The notes under the pieces are model-generated. The model saw only the letters and a program-made list of their open reading frames with translations, was not told the origin of the DNA and did not search any database. The translations under genes and the position numbers were made by a program. Positions 8,252-18,361 of a stretch of 40,643 nt of DNA are shown here, piece by piece (position 1 is the stretch's first letter; every line of letters begins with the position of its first letter). The DNA comes from Candidatus Nomurabacteria bacterium RIFCSPLOWO2_01_FULL_41_18 (GTDB taxonomy: Bacteria > Patescibacteriota > Minisyncoccia > Phycocordibacterales > UBA9973), in assembly GCA_001785865.1 (NCBI GenBank), contig MFUZ01000006.1, positions 1-40,643 on the forward strand. Direction: 5' to 3'.

Positions 8252-9549
8252 AAAACATTAATTACAAAAATCTTAGAAGACGTTTTATAAATAATCTCTT
8301 GGGGTTTCACTTTTTTTATCCATATAAAAAATTAAAAATAATAGGGGTAACGGGCACAAATGGTAAAACTACTACAGCCACTCTCCTTTACCGTATTGCA
8401 ACTTCGCTCGGTTACAGGGCAGGTCTTATAAGCACAGTTGAACACATAATTGCAGGAGAATTAAAGATAGCAGAAGGCAATAAACCATCAACTTCGCCTG
8501 ATCTACCCTACTTGAATAAATTGTTGAGAGAAATAGTTGATAAAAAATGTCAGTATGTTTTTATGGAGGTTACTTCAATTGCCTTAGATCAAAATAGAAC
8601 AGCAGGAATAAAATTTACTGGTGGGATTTTTACGAATTTAACTCAAGACCATCTAGACTACCATAAGGATATGGAGGAATATTTTCAGGCGAAAAAGAAA
8701 TTTTTCAAAATGTTGTCTAAAGATGCTTTCGCACTAACGAACATTGATGATGAATATGGTTTGAAAATGTTGGAGGGGATTCAGACTAAAAAGTCTACTT
8801 ATTCTTTTCCTGCCCGCAATGCTTCCAGCATAGCTAATGCAGGCGGGGAAAATAACTCTGATTTTCAAGGAGAAATTAAAAAATTAGATTTCAACGGGCT
8901 TGAACTAGATTTCAACGGTAATCAAATAAAATCTAAATTACTTGGTAAGTTTAACGCTTATAATTTGCTTGCGGCCTGGAGCACATGTCAAATGCTTGGA
9001 TTTGACATGAAAAATGTAAATAAAATTTTGGAAAGCATAGCGCCGCCGGTGGGGAGGTTCGATCATTTTATGTCGAAGTCTGGAGTGCTGGTGATCGTGG
9101 ACTATGCTCACACCCCGGACGCATTGCAGAAAGTGCTTTTGACGATAGAGGAGATAAAAAGCAAAGAAGGTTTACCCCGCTTTGACGGGCGGGGCAGGAT
9201 AATTTCTGTGTTTGGCTGTGGGGGAGATCGTGATGTATCAAAACGCTCAAAGATGGGGAGAATCGGAGTCGCTCTATCAGACATCGCTATCTTTACCTCG
9301 GACAATCCTCGAAGCGAAGATCCAAATAAGATTATCGCTGACATGGCGGCCGAACTTACTTCGAAAGATATGCAAAAAGTGAAAAGAATTGAAAATAGAA
9401 GTGAAGCAATAAAAGAAGCAGTAAAGTCGGCACAAAGAGGAGATATAATTCTTTGCGCTGGCAAAGGCCATGAAGACTATCAAGAAATCAATGGTGTAAA
9501 AAGTCACTTTAATGATATGGAAGAGCTCAAAAAAGCTTTTTCTGTATAA
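8248..9549 (+). CDS. murE: UDP-MurNAc-Ala-Glu:meso-DAP ligase MurE (lacks N-terminal domain)
   Basis: GVTGTNGKTT, FTNLTQDHLDYH, VDYAHTPD, GCGGDRD, DNPR (DAP-type), AGKGHE. Confidence 0.95.
   Translation: MKNINYKNLRRRFINNLLGFHFFYPYKKLKIIGVTGTNGKTTTATLLYRIATSLGYRAGLISTVEHIIAGELKIAEGNKPSTSPDLPYLNKLLREIVDKKCQYVFMEVTSIALDQNRTAGIKFTGGIFTNLTQDHLDYHKDMEEYFQAKKKFFKMLSKDAFALTNIDDEYGLKMLEGIQTKKSTYSFPARNASSIANAGGENNSDFQGEIKKLDFNGLELDFNGNQIKSKLLGKFNAYNLLAAWSTCQMLGFDMKNVNKILESIAPPVGRFDHFMSKSGVLVIVDYAHTPDALQKVLLTIEEIKSKEGLPRFDGRGRIISVFGCGGDRDVSKRSKMGRIGVALSDIAIFTSDNPRSEDPNKIIADMAAELTSKDMQKVKRIENRSEAIKEAVKSAQRGDIILCAGKGHEDYQEINGVKSHFNDMEELKKAFSV
8809..8847 (+). repeat. 39-nt palindromic element, in frame in murE ([13 protein letters not shown])
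   Basis: CCTGCCCGCAATGCTTCCAGCATAGCTAATGCAGGCGGG; near-identical copies at 20228 and 33967. Confidence 0.9.
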
Positions 9550-9566
9550 TGTGCTAGTATTATTTT

Positions 9567-12008
9567 ATGGTTCCACAAGCTAGCCTTTTCAGGTTTCTGG
9601 GTTATAAAATAAACGCAAAAGAGCGAAAAATAGTCTTCAAATACAGTATAGAATTTAAAAATACTTCTGCTCTTTCGTTTTCTGAAACTATAATCTTGCC
9701 TAAAAAAACCGAGAATTTAAACAAAGAATACGTTCACAAATTTCTTGAGCCCCTTAGTCTTATTTTGGGTATAAGTTATTATAAAATTTATTTTCCACCT
9801 CGAATATCAATTTCATTCAAGCTTTCCAAAGAAGAAGCACAATTTTGGAATGTCGTTTACAGAAAAGGTCTCGGAGAATTTTTGTATAAAAATAAACTTG
9901 ATCCTAAAAATCTGGCGAAATTTCCATACTCAAAAAAACAATCCGAACCTGTTAGAATAAATACAAATGACTCCATTTTGCTCGGCATAGGGGGAGGTAA
10001 AGATTCTATTGTCTCTCTGGAGCTTCTAAAGAATTTCCAGACTTCTCTGTTTTCTATTGAAACAATGCGTCTTGATAATATTTCTCGAAATGTCATAAAA
10101 AAATCAGGAAAAAGTTCCCTGACGCTAAATAGGATGCTTGACTCAAAAATTTTCCAACTACAAGATACATACAAAGGGCATATTCCCATATCGGCCATAT
10201 ATGCATTTCTGGGGACACTATCTTGTTTTTTATATGGACATAAATATTTTGTAGTTAGTAATGAATATAGTAGTAATTTCGGTAATTTAAAATATAAAGG
10301 TGCAGTTATCAATCATCAATGGAGTAAATCTGCTGAATTTGAAGTTTTGCTTCAAGAATATATCAAAAAATTCATCACTTCCGATATCACCTATTTTTCA
10401 TTACTTCGCCAATTTCATGAAATCAGAATCGCTAAAATGTTTGCCAATTACGAGAAATATTTTCATTTATTTGCTAGCTGTAATAGAAATTTTAATGTTT
10501 TAGGCGAAAGACAGAAAACCCTTTGGTGTGGAGAATGCCCAAAGTGCGCCTTTGTTTTCCTGATGCTTGCTCCATTTATTGAAAGAAACAAACTCACTTG
10601 GATTTTTGGCAAAAACTTGTTAAATGATCCTTCTCTTCTACCTCTTTATAATGACATATTAGGTTATGGCAAAATGAAGCCTTTTGACTGTGTTGGCACT
10701 TTTGAAGAATCCAGAGTTGCTCTCTTTCTTGCCTCGAAAAAGTTTAAACAGGATGTAGTGATGCTAGCGTTACTGCCTAAAATAAAAAATATAAAACAAA
10801 GTCTAGGTAAAGTTTTTCAAGTTTTTTCTGCACCGACACTTCCATCCAGATTTAAATTACTTGGTTTAGAAAAAGTGGGCATCTTGGGTTATGCTAGAGA
10901 AGGAAAAGTTACAGAGAAGTATCTAAAAAAGAATTATCCCCATCTTAAAATTAAAATATTAGACCAAGCTCGCGACAAGAATTATTTAGAAGAGCAAATG
11001 AACTTGGAATTTCTTATCAAAACTTCGGGTATTCCCAAAAGTAAAGTAAAAATTCCTTATACTACTGCCACCAATTTGTTCTTTTCAGAAAATAAAAATT
11101 TTACCATAGGAGTCACTGGTAGTAAGGGTAAAAGTACCACTGCAAGTCTAATATATGAAATTTTAAAGAGTGCTGGTAAAAAAGTCCGACTTCTTGGGAA
11201 TATAGGTAACCCTATGCTCGAAATTTCTTTTCAGAAACCTAAACCAGATGAAATTTTTATAATAGAACTTTCAAGCTATATGCTAGAAGACATAGAATAT
11301 TCTCCAAACATCGCAGTTTTGCTCAATCTTTTTCCAGACCACATGAATTATCATGAGGGAATAGAGAATTATTACAAAGCTAAAAACAACATTTTTAAAT
11401 TTCAGAAGCTAGGTGACATTGCCCTGCGTCCGCCTTTTATTGAAAAGATTCCCATGAAAGCGTCTGAAGTTCCTCTTCTGGGTGGGCATAATCTCACAAA
11501 TGTAAAAGCTGCTGTAAAGACTGCTAGAATTTTAGGAATATCTGACGAAAAAATAAGAAAAGCCATTCTAAATTTCAAGAGTCTTCCGCATCGATTGGAA
11601 AAGGTCGGAGAATTTAAAGGAATAAAGTTTTACGACGATGCAATATCTACTACCCCAGAGTCCACTATTGCGGCCATCGAGGCGCTCCCTAAAACGAGCA
11701 CGATAATGCTGGGCGGGGAGGACCGTGGCTATGATTTTACCAAGCTGGAAAAATTATTAAGGAAGAAAAAAATAAAAAATATAGTATTATTCCCGGAAAG
11801 CGGAAAAAGGATCTTGAAATCAAAAAAAGGATTTAATATCTTAGAGACGGATAAAATGGATGAGGCAGTTCATTTTGCCTTTCGAAATACAAGGGCAGGC
11901 GAGATCTGTCTTTTATCCACCGCCTCGCCTTCGTATTCTCTTTGGAAGAACTTCGAAGAAAAAGGGGATTCTTTTAAATTTTTTGTAAAAAAATATGCAA
12001 AACTTTGA
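9567..12008 (+). CDS. MurL (UDP-MurNAc-L-Ala-L-Glu epimerase)-MurD ligase fusion
   Basis: N-terminal half: GGGKDS, GHIP, NHQWSKS, SCNRNF, WCGECPKC, KPFDCVG (MurL-like). C-terminal half: GVTGSKGKSTT, LLGNIG, IELSSY, PDHMNYH, LPHRLE, DDAIST, GGEDRG, SPSYS (MurD). Confidence 0.85.
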   Translation: MVPQASLFRFLGYKINAKERKIVFKYSIEFKNTSALSFSETIILPKKTENLNKEYVHKFLEPLSLILGISYYKIYFPPRISISFKLSKEEAQFWNVVYRKGLGEFLYKNKLDPKNLAKFPYSKKQSEPVRINTNDSILLGIGGGKDSIVSLELLKNFQTSLFSIETMRLDNISRNVIKKSGKSSLTLNRMLDSKIFQLQDTYKGHIPISAIYAFLGTLSCFLYGHKYFVVSNEYSSNFGNLKYKGAVINHQWSKSAEFEVLLQEYIKKFITSDITYFSLLRQFHEIRIAKMFANYEKYFHLFASCNRNFNVLGERQKTLWCGECPKCAFVFLMLAPFIERNKLTWIFGKNLLNDPSLLPLYNDILGYGKMKPFDCVGTFEESRVALFLASKKFKQDVVMLALLPKIKNIKQSLGKVFQVFSAPTLPSRFKLLGLEKVGILGYAREGKVTEKYLKKNYPHLKIKILDQARDKNYLEEQMNLEFLIKTSGIPKSKVKIPYTTATNLFFSENKNFTIGVTGSKGKSTTASLIYEILKSAGKKVRLLGNIGNPMLEISFQKPKPDEIFIIELSSYMLEDIEYSPNIAVLLNLFPDHMNYHEGIENYYKAKNNIFKFQKLGDIALRPPFIEKIPMKASEVPLLGGHNLTNVKAAVKTARILGISDEKIRKAILNFKSLPHRLEKVGEFKGIKFYDDAISTTPESTIAAIEALPKTSTIMLGGEDRGYDFTKLEKLLRKKKIKNIVLFPESGKRILKSKKGFNILETDKMDEAVHFAFRNTRAGEICLLSTASPSYSLWKNFEEKGDSFKFFVKKYAKL

Positions 12009-13293
12009 TGTAAAAAAAATTAAAAAAGTTTTTTTTATCGGTATTGGCGGTATCGGTATTTCTGCCTTGGCCAAAATGGCTCTTTCCCGTGGAATGGAAG
12101 TTTTGGGGGTGAATGACGAAGAAAGTTCAAAAACTATTGATCCTCTCCGTGAAGCGGGGGCTGTTATTTTTTACCTGACTGCGCAGGCAGGCCAGAACGA
12201 ATTAAAAGAATTGCCAGATGCTGATCTATACATTTTCAGTGATGCATGGATCTATCGTGGGCCGGAAATTATCATTGAAGCGCGGAAGCGAGGCGTTCCA
12301 GTGTTGAGTTATTTTGAGGCTTTGGGTGTGTTTGCAAAAGAATACAAAGTTATCGCAATTGCCGGTACTCATGGCAAGACCACTACGACTGCCATGATTG
12401 CAGAAATGTTGGTAAGTGCCGGGCTAGATCCTACTGTCGTTGTAGGTTCTTTTGTAAAAAAATTTGGGAGTAATTTTAGAAAAGGTAATAGCGACCCACG
12501 CCAAGGCGGGGCAAGCTATTTAGTCGTAGAGGCAGACGAGTATAATAGGCACTTCTTAAATTTCAATCCATTTATCGGAGTTGTGACGAATGTTGAAGCA
12601 GATCATCTAGACTGTTATAAAGATTTAAAGGATATACAAAATGCATTTGATAAATTTATTTCCCAGAGCGAACATAAAGTTTTAGATTACTCTAAATATT
12701 TAGAAAAAGTTCCGAAACTTTCTGTGCCCGGGTTGCACAATAGGATGAATGCCGCCGCCGCTCTTGCCGTCGCGGATATTTTGAATATTAACATGGAGAA
12801 TGCCGCAAAATCCCTTGCGGAATTTTCTGGGACTTGGCGCAGGCTGGAAAAAAAAGGAGAAACGAAGGAAGGCGCTATCGTTTATGATGATTATGCTCAT
12901 CATCCGACTGAAATTAAAGCGAGTTTGCAAGCTTTGCGCGATCTTTATCAGAAGGGAGGGGAGAAAAACAAAATCATCACTGTTCTTTTTCAGCCACACC
13001 TCTACAGCCGGACTCGGGCGTTTTTTGACGATTTTTCTAAAAGCTTCAATGAAGCTGATAGGGTGTTTCTTCTGCCTATCTATTTTGCACGAGAAGACAA
13101 AGATGAAAGCATCTCTAGCGAAAAATTGGCTCTAGCTATCGGCAAAGTTGGAGGCAATGTGGAAGCATATCCTGATTTCGAATCGGCTGAAGATGCTGTT
13201 AAGGCCTTGAAGTTGGGGCCTAAAGACGTATTTGTAACTATGGGGGCGGGTGAAGCTTACAAAGTCGCTGATAAAGTGCTCAAACTAGTCTAG
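11995..13293 (+). CDS. murC: UDP-N-acetylmuramate:L-alanine ligase MurC
   Basis: IGIGGIGISALA, AGTHGKTTTT, VEADE, DHLD, DDYAHHPTEI, FQPH, MGAG. Confidence 0.95.
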   Translation: MQNFDVKKIKKVFFIGIGGIGISALAKMALSRGMEVLGVNDEESSKTIDPLREAGAVIFYLTAQAGQNELKELPDADLYIFSDAWIYRGPEIIIEARKRGVPVLSYFEALGVFAKEYKVIAIAGTHGKTTTTAMIAEMLVSAGLDPTVVVGSFVKKFGSNFRKGNSDPRQGGASYLVVEADEYNRHFLNFNPFIGVVTNVEADHLDCYKDLKDIQNAFDKFISQSEHKVLDYSKYLEKVPKLSVPGLHNRMNAAAALAVADILNINMENAAKSLAEFSGTWRRLEKKGETKEGAIVYDDYAHHPTEIKASLQALRDLYQKGGEKNKIITVLFQPHLYSRTRAFFDDFSKSFNEADRVFLLPIYFAREDKDESISSEKLALAIGKVGGNVEAYPDFESAEDAVKALKLGPKDVFVTMGAGEAYKVADKVLKLV

Positions 13294-13416
13294 CCACTTA
13301 TAAACTGCGCTAAACTACTCATATTTCACCCTTCTTTGTCAAAGGATATTTCGCAAAATACCCCTATTTTACAAGCTTTTTTAAGCTTGACAGATAATTT
13401 AAAAGTTGTCTAACTA

Positions 13417-13445
13417 TTGACATTTGGGTTAGAATATGCTAGTAT
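13417..13445 (+). promoter_or_regulatory. sigma70 promoter
   Basis: TTGACA, 17 nt, TAGTAT with extended -10 TG. Confidence 0.65.
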
Positions 13446-13549
13446 TAAAGTATATCCTTATTGTATAGGTGCAAGCCTATTAAATAAGGGTTTTTTTGTT
13501 CCAGAGGCACATCAGCCTTTGGCTGAAGTTTAAAAATAGCCCAAAATAT

Positions 13550-14164
13550 ATGAAAAATAAACAAATAATTCGATTCGTAGAATCATTCATTCTTTTACCA
13601 GGTTTGGCAATGTCATCTATGCCTGTGGGGTCTCTTTCACAAGCTGTGGTGAGTGTTGTTAATACTCCATCAGTTGTGATGTCAGAAAAACAAAGCAAAG
13701 AAACTGCTGAACTTTTAGCTCTTAATCAAGCTAAAGATCAAAAGCTTAAGGCGGATGCTATCGATACTTATTTCAACGATCGTAATATGCCTCTTAAAGG
13801 TATGGGTATGAAGATGGTTCAGGAAGCCGAAAAGAATGATCTTGATTGGAGACTTTTAGCTGCGATAGCAGTGCGAGAATCTACCGGAGGAAAACATGCT
13901 TGTAAAAAAGCGACCTTTAACTCTTTCGGTTGGGGTTCTTGTAAGATCAACTTTAGCTCAAATGAAAAAGCTATCGAGACTGTAGCCCGCAACTTGGGCG
14001 GTAATAACCCAAATACCGATCATCACTATGCCGAGAAGACAACTGTGCAAATTTTGCGCGCTTACAATCCTCCTTCTATCGTGCCTCGTTATGCCGAGCA
14101 AGTGATAGCGATCATGGATACAATCGGTGGAGAAGAAATGGTGCTCGCAGTCGCTAATAAATAA
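13550..14164 (+). CDS. Exported lysozyme-fold protein (glucosaminidase/SLT-like peptidoglycan hydrolase)
   Basis: N-terminal hydrophobic segment; DWRLLAAIAVRESTGG (catalytic ES), NSFGWG, AYNP..YAEQV; terminator at 14176-14203. Confidence 0.65.
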   Translation: MKNKQIIRFVESFILLPGLAMSSMPVGSLSQAVVSVVNTPSVVMSEKQSKETAELLALNQAKDQKLKADAIDTYFNDRNMPLKGMGMKMVQEAEKNDLDWRLLAAIAVRESTGGKHACKKATFNSFGWGSCKINFSSNEKAIETVARNLGGNNPNTDHHYAEKTTVQILRAYNPPSIVPRYAEQVIAIMDTIGGEEMVLAVANK

Positions 14165-14208
14165 TTTACTAACTAAAAAAATCCCCCGTGTGGGGGATTT
14201 TTTTGTGT

Positions 14209-16035
14209 CTATTCTTTCTTTTTTCCAACAAGTTCTGACCAACTTTTCCAGCCTTTGTCTTTATATTTTCGATCTGGGTCAGATGGCCATTTCCAATGTT
14301 GTGGACTTTCAGAAAAATACCACTTTTGCACACTACCTTTCCCCGGATATAAAGCTATAACTTCAGATTGAAAATTCTCAAAAGAAAGAAATTCTTTTTT
14401 TGTACGGTTCTCTCTCCCCACCAACTCCGGCCATCCCTGCCAACCCTCTTCTTTATATTTTCGATCCGGCTTATAAGGCCAATCAGAATGTTTTAATATT
14501 TCTTCATCATACCATTCACCTATGTTATCTTTGCCAGTGTAGACAGCTCTTACTTCGGTTTGAAAATTTTGAAAGGAGGGGTACTCTTTCTTTTTAACAT
14601 TCTCTATACCCACTAACTCTGGCCATCCTTGCCAAACTTTATCCCCGTAAACTCTTTGTGGATCAGAATACCAATTCCTATGTTTCTTTTTCTCCTTCAT
14701 GTACCATGTGATTACACTACCTTCTCCAGGATACAATGCTCTGACTTCTGACTGAAAATCAGCAAAGGAGAGATGTTCTTTCCTATACATATTTTCTTTT
14801 CCAACCAACTCCGGCCACCCTACCCAACCTTTATCTTTGTAGATTCTATAAGGAGCAGATGGCCAGTTTATGTGTTTTGTTCTCTCTTTCTCATACCAAG
14901 CTCCAATTTCACCTTCTCCTGGATATAAATTAATAATTTCTACCTGAAAATCTTCAAAAGAAGGATAATCTTTAAAGCGATTTTCTTTACCTACTAATTC
15001 TGACCACCCTATCCAACCTCTATGCTTGTACTTATCATTTGGAGCAGAAGGCCAATTTGTATGGTTTGGTCTTTCCGATCTGTACCATTCTATAATTCTT
15101 CCTTCTCCCGGATATAAAGCTTTGACTTCTCTCTGAAAATCCTCAAAAGCAAGAAAATTCTTCTTCTCTTTTTTTGTGAATTCTGAAACAGGTAGCTCCG
15201 AAGTTTTTGTTGTAGTATAAGTTTCAGGAATCTGATTCTCCAATAATTCTGCTATGTTTACCCTCCAGTACTTGGTTTGTATAATTCTTGCTCCAATTCC
15301 TGGATGTTTAGCAATAAGTTCGTTCATATTTCCTTTATCTTCAAGATCTAAATTTTCTGTGGTAATCCCAGCCCCTTTTAATTTTTCTGCATCAAAAACA
15401 TAACTTGCATTACCTTCTTCATCACAAATATAGACTGTTCTTTCTAAATCTTCCACTTCAACACGAACATAAGGAGTCTTGCGCACCATTTCAGGAATGA
15501 CTTTTCCTTCGGTGATTTTTACCTGCTCTTTTTGAATATCGAAATCAGATTCAAGAATGTAAAGTAGGGTAATCAGGCGTGGAATCAGTTTTTTTTGTTC
15601 AATACCTGTTCCTGTGCCATTTTTTATTGAAAGAGGGGAATCATGTTGCGGAGGAATGACCACTTTGTTCGTTACGATATTACTTTCGTTTATATATTTT
15701 CCAAGAGCATCTATTCTACTTTTAACATCAATAATTGATTGTAATATTTCACTTATATTTGGCAGACCCAAAATTGCAAAAGCTTCATTTTCTTGGACTT
15801 GTTTATCTAGAGGTATTTGATTTGGGTAAAGATTAGGATTTTCCCTGTATTCATTTAACACATCATCGGTTAATTTAACAGTTTCAGATAGGGCTTCGTT
15901 CGCAAAAGTTTCAATGTTTTCTACAGTTAATTGCTTACCTAAAATAACATCCAATTTTTGTTTGAATGTTAGTTTTAAGGATTCTAAAGATTTATGTGGT
16001 TGTGCTGGTTTAGGTGACCAAGTGTCTGAAGGCAT
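14209..16035 (-). CDS. Protein with five ~64-aa Trp-rich repeats (Integrase_2/PF14882-like repeat)
   Basis: Repeat F..FQ.EV..LYPG.G.I..WY......H..WPS.P...YK..GW.GW.ELVG x5 in the C-terminal half. Confidence 0.75.
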   Translation of the reverse strand: MPSDTWSPKPAQPHKSLESLKLTFKQKLDVILGKQLTVENIETFANEALSETVKLTDDVLNEYRENPNLYPNQIPLDKQVQENEAFAILGLPNISEILQSIIDVKSRIDALGKYINESNIVTNKVVIPPQHDSPLSIKNGTGTGIEQKKLIPRLITLLYILESDFDIQKEQVKITEGKVIPEMVRKTPYVRVEVEDLERTVYICDEEGNASYVFDAEKLKGAGITTENLDLEDKGNMNELIAKHPGIGARIIQTKYWRVNIAELLENQIPETYTTTKTSELPVSEFTKKEKKNFLAFEDFQREVKALYPGEGRIIEWYRSERPNHTNWPSAPNDKYKHRGWIGWSELVGKENRFKDYPSFEDFQVEIINLYPGEGEIGAWYEKERTKHINWPSAPYRIYKDKGWVGWPELVGKENMYRKEHLSFADFQSEVRALYPGEGSVITWYMKEKKKHRNWYSDPQRVYGDKVWQGWPELVGIENVKKKEYPSFQNFQTEVRAVYTGKDNIGEWYDEEILKHSDWPYKPDRKYKEEGWQGWPELVGRENRTKKEFLSFENFQSEVIALYPGKGSVQKWYFSESPQHWKWPSDPDRKYKDKGWKSWSELVGKKKE

Positions 16036-16169
16036 ACAAAGAGTATATATAAAAAGGCGATGAATCGCAAAAACTTGTCAACCTCGCAGGTCGACAAGTT
16101 GGTTGTGATAACGTAATAGCAACGGCCGTGTCCATTACGTTATTAAGTGAAAAAGTAAAAGATAGATAT

Positions 16170-17291
16170 CTACTCCAAATGCACCAGAGTCATCTTTTGG
16201 TCTTTTGGTTCGAAAAGGGTGATTTGGAAATTATAATTCTTTCCAAGTTCTAGTTTTTCGCGAAGTTTTGTTTCAGAAGGGAAGGTGGAATTGTGCACAA
16301 GTCCAGCCACACCTTCCTTTATGGAGATGAGCGCGCCGTGCTTGTTGTATTTGATTACGACTCCTTTGATGATGTCGCCTTTTTTCAGTTTCCCTTCGAA
16401 TTCTTTCCAGGGATTTTCCTTTAGAGCCTTGACTGAAAGGGAGATTTTCCCATCTTTGATTTCAATAACTTTAGTACGGATCTTGTCACCTATCTTGAAC
16501 ATGGTGCGAGGATTTTCTACCAAGCCCCAATCGAGCTCCGAAATATGCACCAGGCCTTCGAGTCCGTCTTCGAGCTTCACGAATACTCCGAAATCAACTA
16601 TTCCGGCGACAGTGCAGTCGATGTCTTCGCCGACGGAATATTTGCTCAAAATTTCCTTTTTCTCTTCAGGATTGTTGTCCTTCTCTGAGAATATGAGCTT
16701 GCCTTCTTTTGGCAAAGTTGAAATTATCATCACAGACATGTGCTGTCCGACCAGCTTTTTGAGCTCCTTCAGTATTTTGTCTTTGTCGGAATCGAGTACA
16801 CGAGGATAATGGTCGGCTTTGAGCTGGGAGGCAGGTAGGAATCCCTGTATGCCTTGCCAATCCAAAATGAGTCCGCCCTTATTGGCATCCTTGATTTCCA
16901 GGCTCATGACTATCTTTTCTTTTTTGGCTTTCTCCGCTTCGTTCCAAGTGAGCGCCTGCTTGGCTTCCTTGAGTGAGAGTTCTATATAACCCTCTTCATT
17001 TTCAGTTTCAACGACTTTAGCCTTGATGATATCGCCGATGCTGATCTTTTTGATGATATCCTTGGCGTTGATGAATTCACGGCCATAAATGATACCTGTG
17101 CCGTATGGCGCCAAGTCTACGTAGACTGCAGCTTTCTTCAAGCTGATGACTGATCCCTCTACTAGAGTATCTACCTCTGGTTTGCTAATAGTGCGGTCGA
17201 CAATGGATTTTAGGACAACGTTTTCGACTACCGGATCGACTATGTTCTGATCAGTGACGATAGGTTTTGCTGCTGTGTCTTGTTTTGTCAT
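16170..17291 (-). CDS. rpsA: 30S ribosomal protein S1 (four S1 domains)
   Basis: GFLPASQL, FGVFV..GLEGLVHISELDW, ISLSVKAL; start set at ATG 17291. Confidence 0.9.
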   Translation of the reverse strand: MTKQDTAAKPIVTDQNIVDPVVENVVLKSIVDRTISKPEVDTLVEGSVISLKKAAVYVDLAPYGTGIIYGREFINAKDIIKKISIGDIIKAKVVETENEEGYIELSLKEAKQALTWNEAEKAKKEKIVMSLEIKDANKGGLILDWQGIQGFLPASQLKADHYPRVLDSDKDKILKELKKLVGQHMSVMIISTLPKEGKLIFSEKDNNPEEKKEILSKYSVGEDIDCTVAGIVDFGVFVKLEDGLEGLVHISELDWGLVENPRTMFKIGDKIRTKVIEIKDGKISLSVKALKENPWKEFEGKLKKGDIIKGVVIKYNKHGALISIKEGVAGLVHNSTFPSETKLREKLELGKNYNFQITLFEPKDQKMTLVHLE

Positions 17292-17479
17292 AATGTTAAT
17301 AAAAAAATAAAATCCGCTCAAATAAGAAATTATGGAGCGGATATAAGGCTTAGGTTCTAAGGAAGCTATTTACCCCGCCAAGTGGGGCGGCGGCGAGCCT
17401 TCCTAGGGTTACCCTAAATCCTGCTACTTATTAAGTGCTTCTCTTTCAGACTAGCAAATAATATGCTAGAATGCAACCG

Positions 17480-18106
17480 ATGATAATCACATATTTCGGC
17501 AAACAATTTTTCAAGATCCAACGAGGAGAAACCGTACTTTCCTTCAATCCCGTCAGTAAAAGTTCTAAGACGGGAATAAATGCTCATTTTGGAGCGGATA
17601 TTGCATTGTCTACGACCAACCATCCGGATTATAATGGTCTAGAGCAGCTCTCACACGGCGAACGTGTGCCTTTTGCTATCACAGGTCCGGGGGACTATGA
17701 AGTCAAAGAAATTTTCATCAAAGGTGTGCTTTCTGAAGCGGTTATCAGTGACAAAAAATACATCAACACTATTTATATATTTTCCTTAGACAATATTAAC
17801 GTCGTATTTCTTGGGGCTTTATCTAATGGAGAAATTTCGAAAGAAGCGCATGAAGACATAAATAGCCCCGATATCCTTTTTATTCCGATTGGAGGGAAAG
17901 GTCTATTAGATGCTAAAATGGCCGCAAAACTTGCATCTTCATTCGAACCAAAAATGATTATACCTATGGACTACGATGACGCTTCCCTCAAAATGTTCCT
18001 CAAAGAAATAGGGGAAGAAAAAGCGGAAGTGGTGGATAAATTGACTCTTAAATTAAAAGATCTGGATGGCAAGGAAGGGGAAGTGGTAGTATTAAAAGCG
18101 GTATAA
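17480..18106 (+). CDS. MBL-fold metallo-hydrolase-like protein (Lactamase_B_3 type)
   Basis: MIITYFG..FKI, GPGDYEV, DILFIPIGG, EPKMIIPM. Confidence 0.75.
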   Translation: MIITYFGKQFFKIQRGETVLSFNPVSKSSKTGINAHFGADIALSTTNHPDYNGLEQLSHGERVPFAITGPGDYEVKEIFIKGVLSEAVISDKKYINTIYIFSLDNINVVFLGALSNGEISKEAHEDINSPDILFIPIGGKGLLDAKMAAKLASSFEPKMIIPMDYDDASLKMFLKEIGEEKAEVVDKLTLKLKDLDGKEGEVVVLKAV

Positions 18107-18126
18107 ACCATTCAGAAAATAAAACC

Positions 18127-18360
18127 ATGAAAAAAATAATTCATCATTTAAGAAGTCAGCCCGAAGAAGTTCGCAGACATATACTGCATGTTTCGACTAT
18201 TGTAGCTGGAATTATTCTCGTACTACTCTGGATCTATTCCTTAGGGACGAGCCTCTCGGATCCCGACAAACAAGCAAAGACAAATAATGACTTGAAGCCC
18301 TTTTCAGCATTAAAAGCGAATTTGATTGGTGGTTATCAAAGTATTTCCGATCCTGAATAA
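18127..18360 (+). CDS. Small single-TM hypothetical protein
   Basis: One hydrophobic helix; lies in an operon position before gyrA. Confidence 0.65.
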   Translation: MKKIIHHLRSQPEEVRRHILHVSTIVAGIILVLLWIYSLGTSLSDPDKQAKTNNDLKPFSALKANLIGGYQSISDPE

Positions 18361-18361
18361 T

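Noticed and set aside
14215-15156. Periodic DNA repeats as a CRISPR array or DGR
   Set aside because: They are degenerate ~190-nt coding repeats with no constant repeat-spacer pattern; no cas or reverse transcriptase gene is present.
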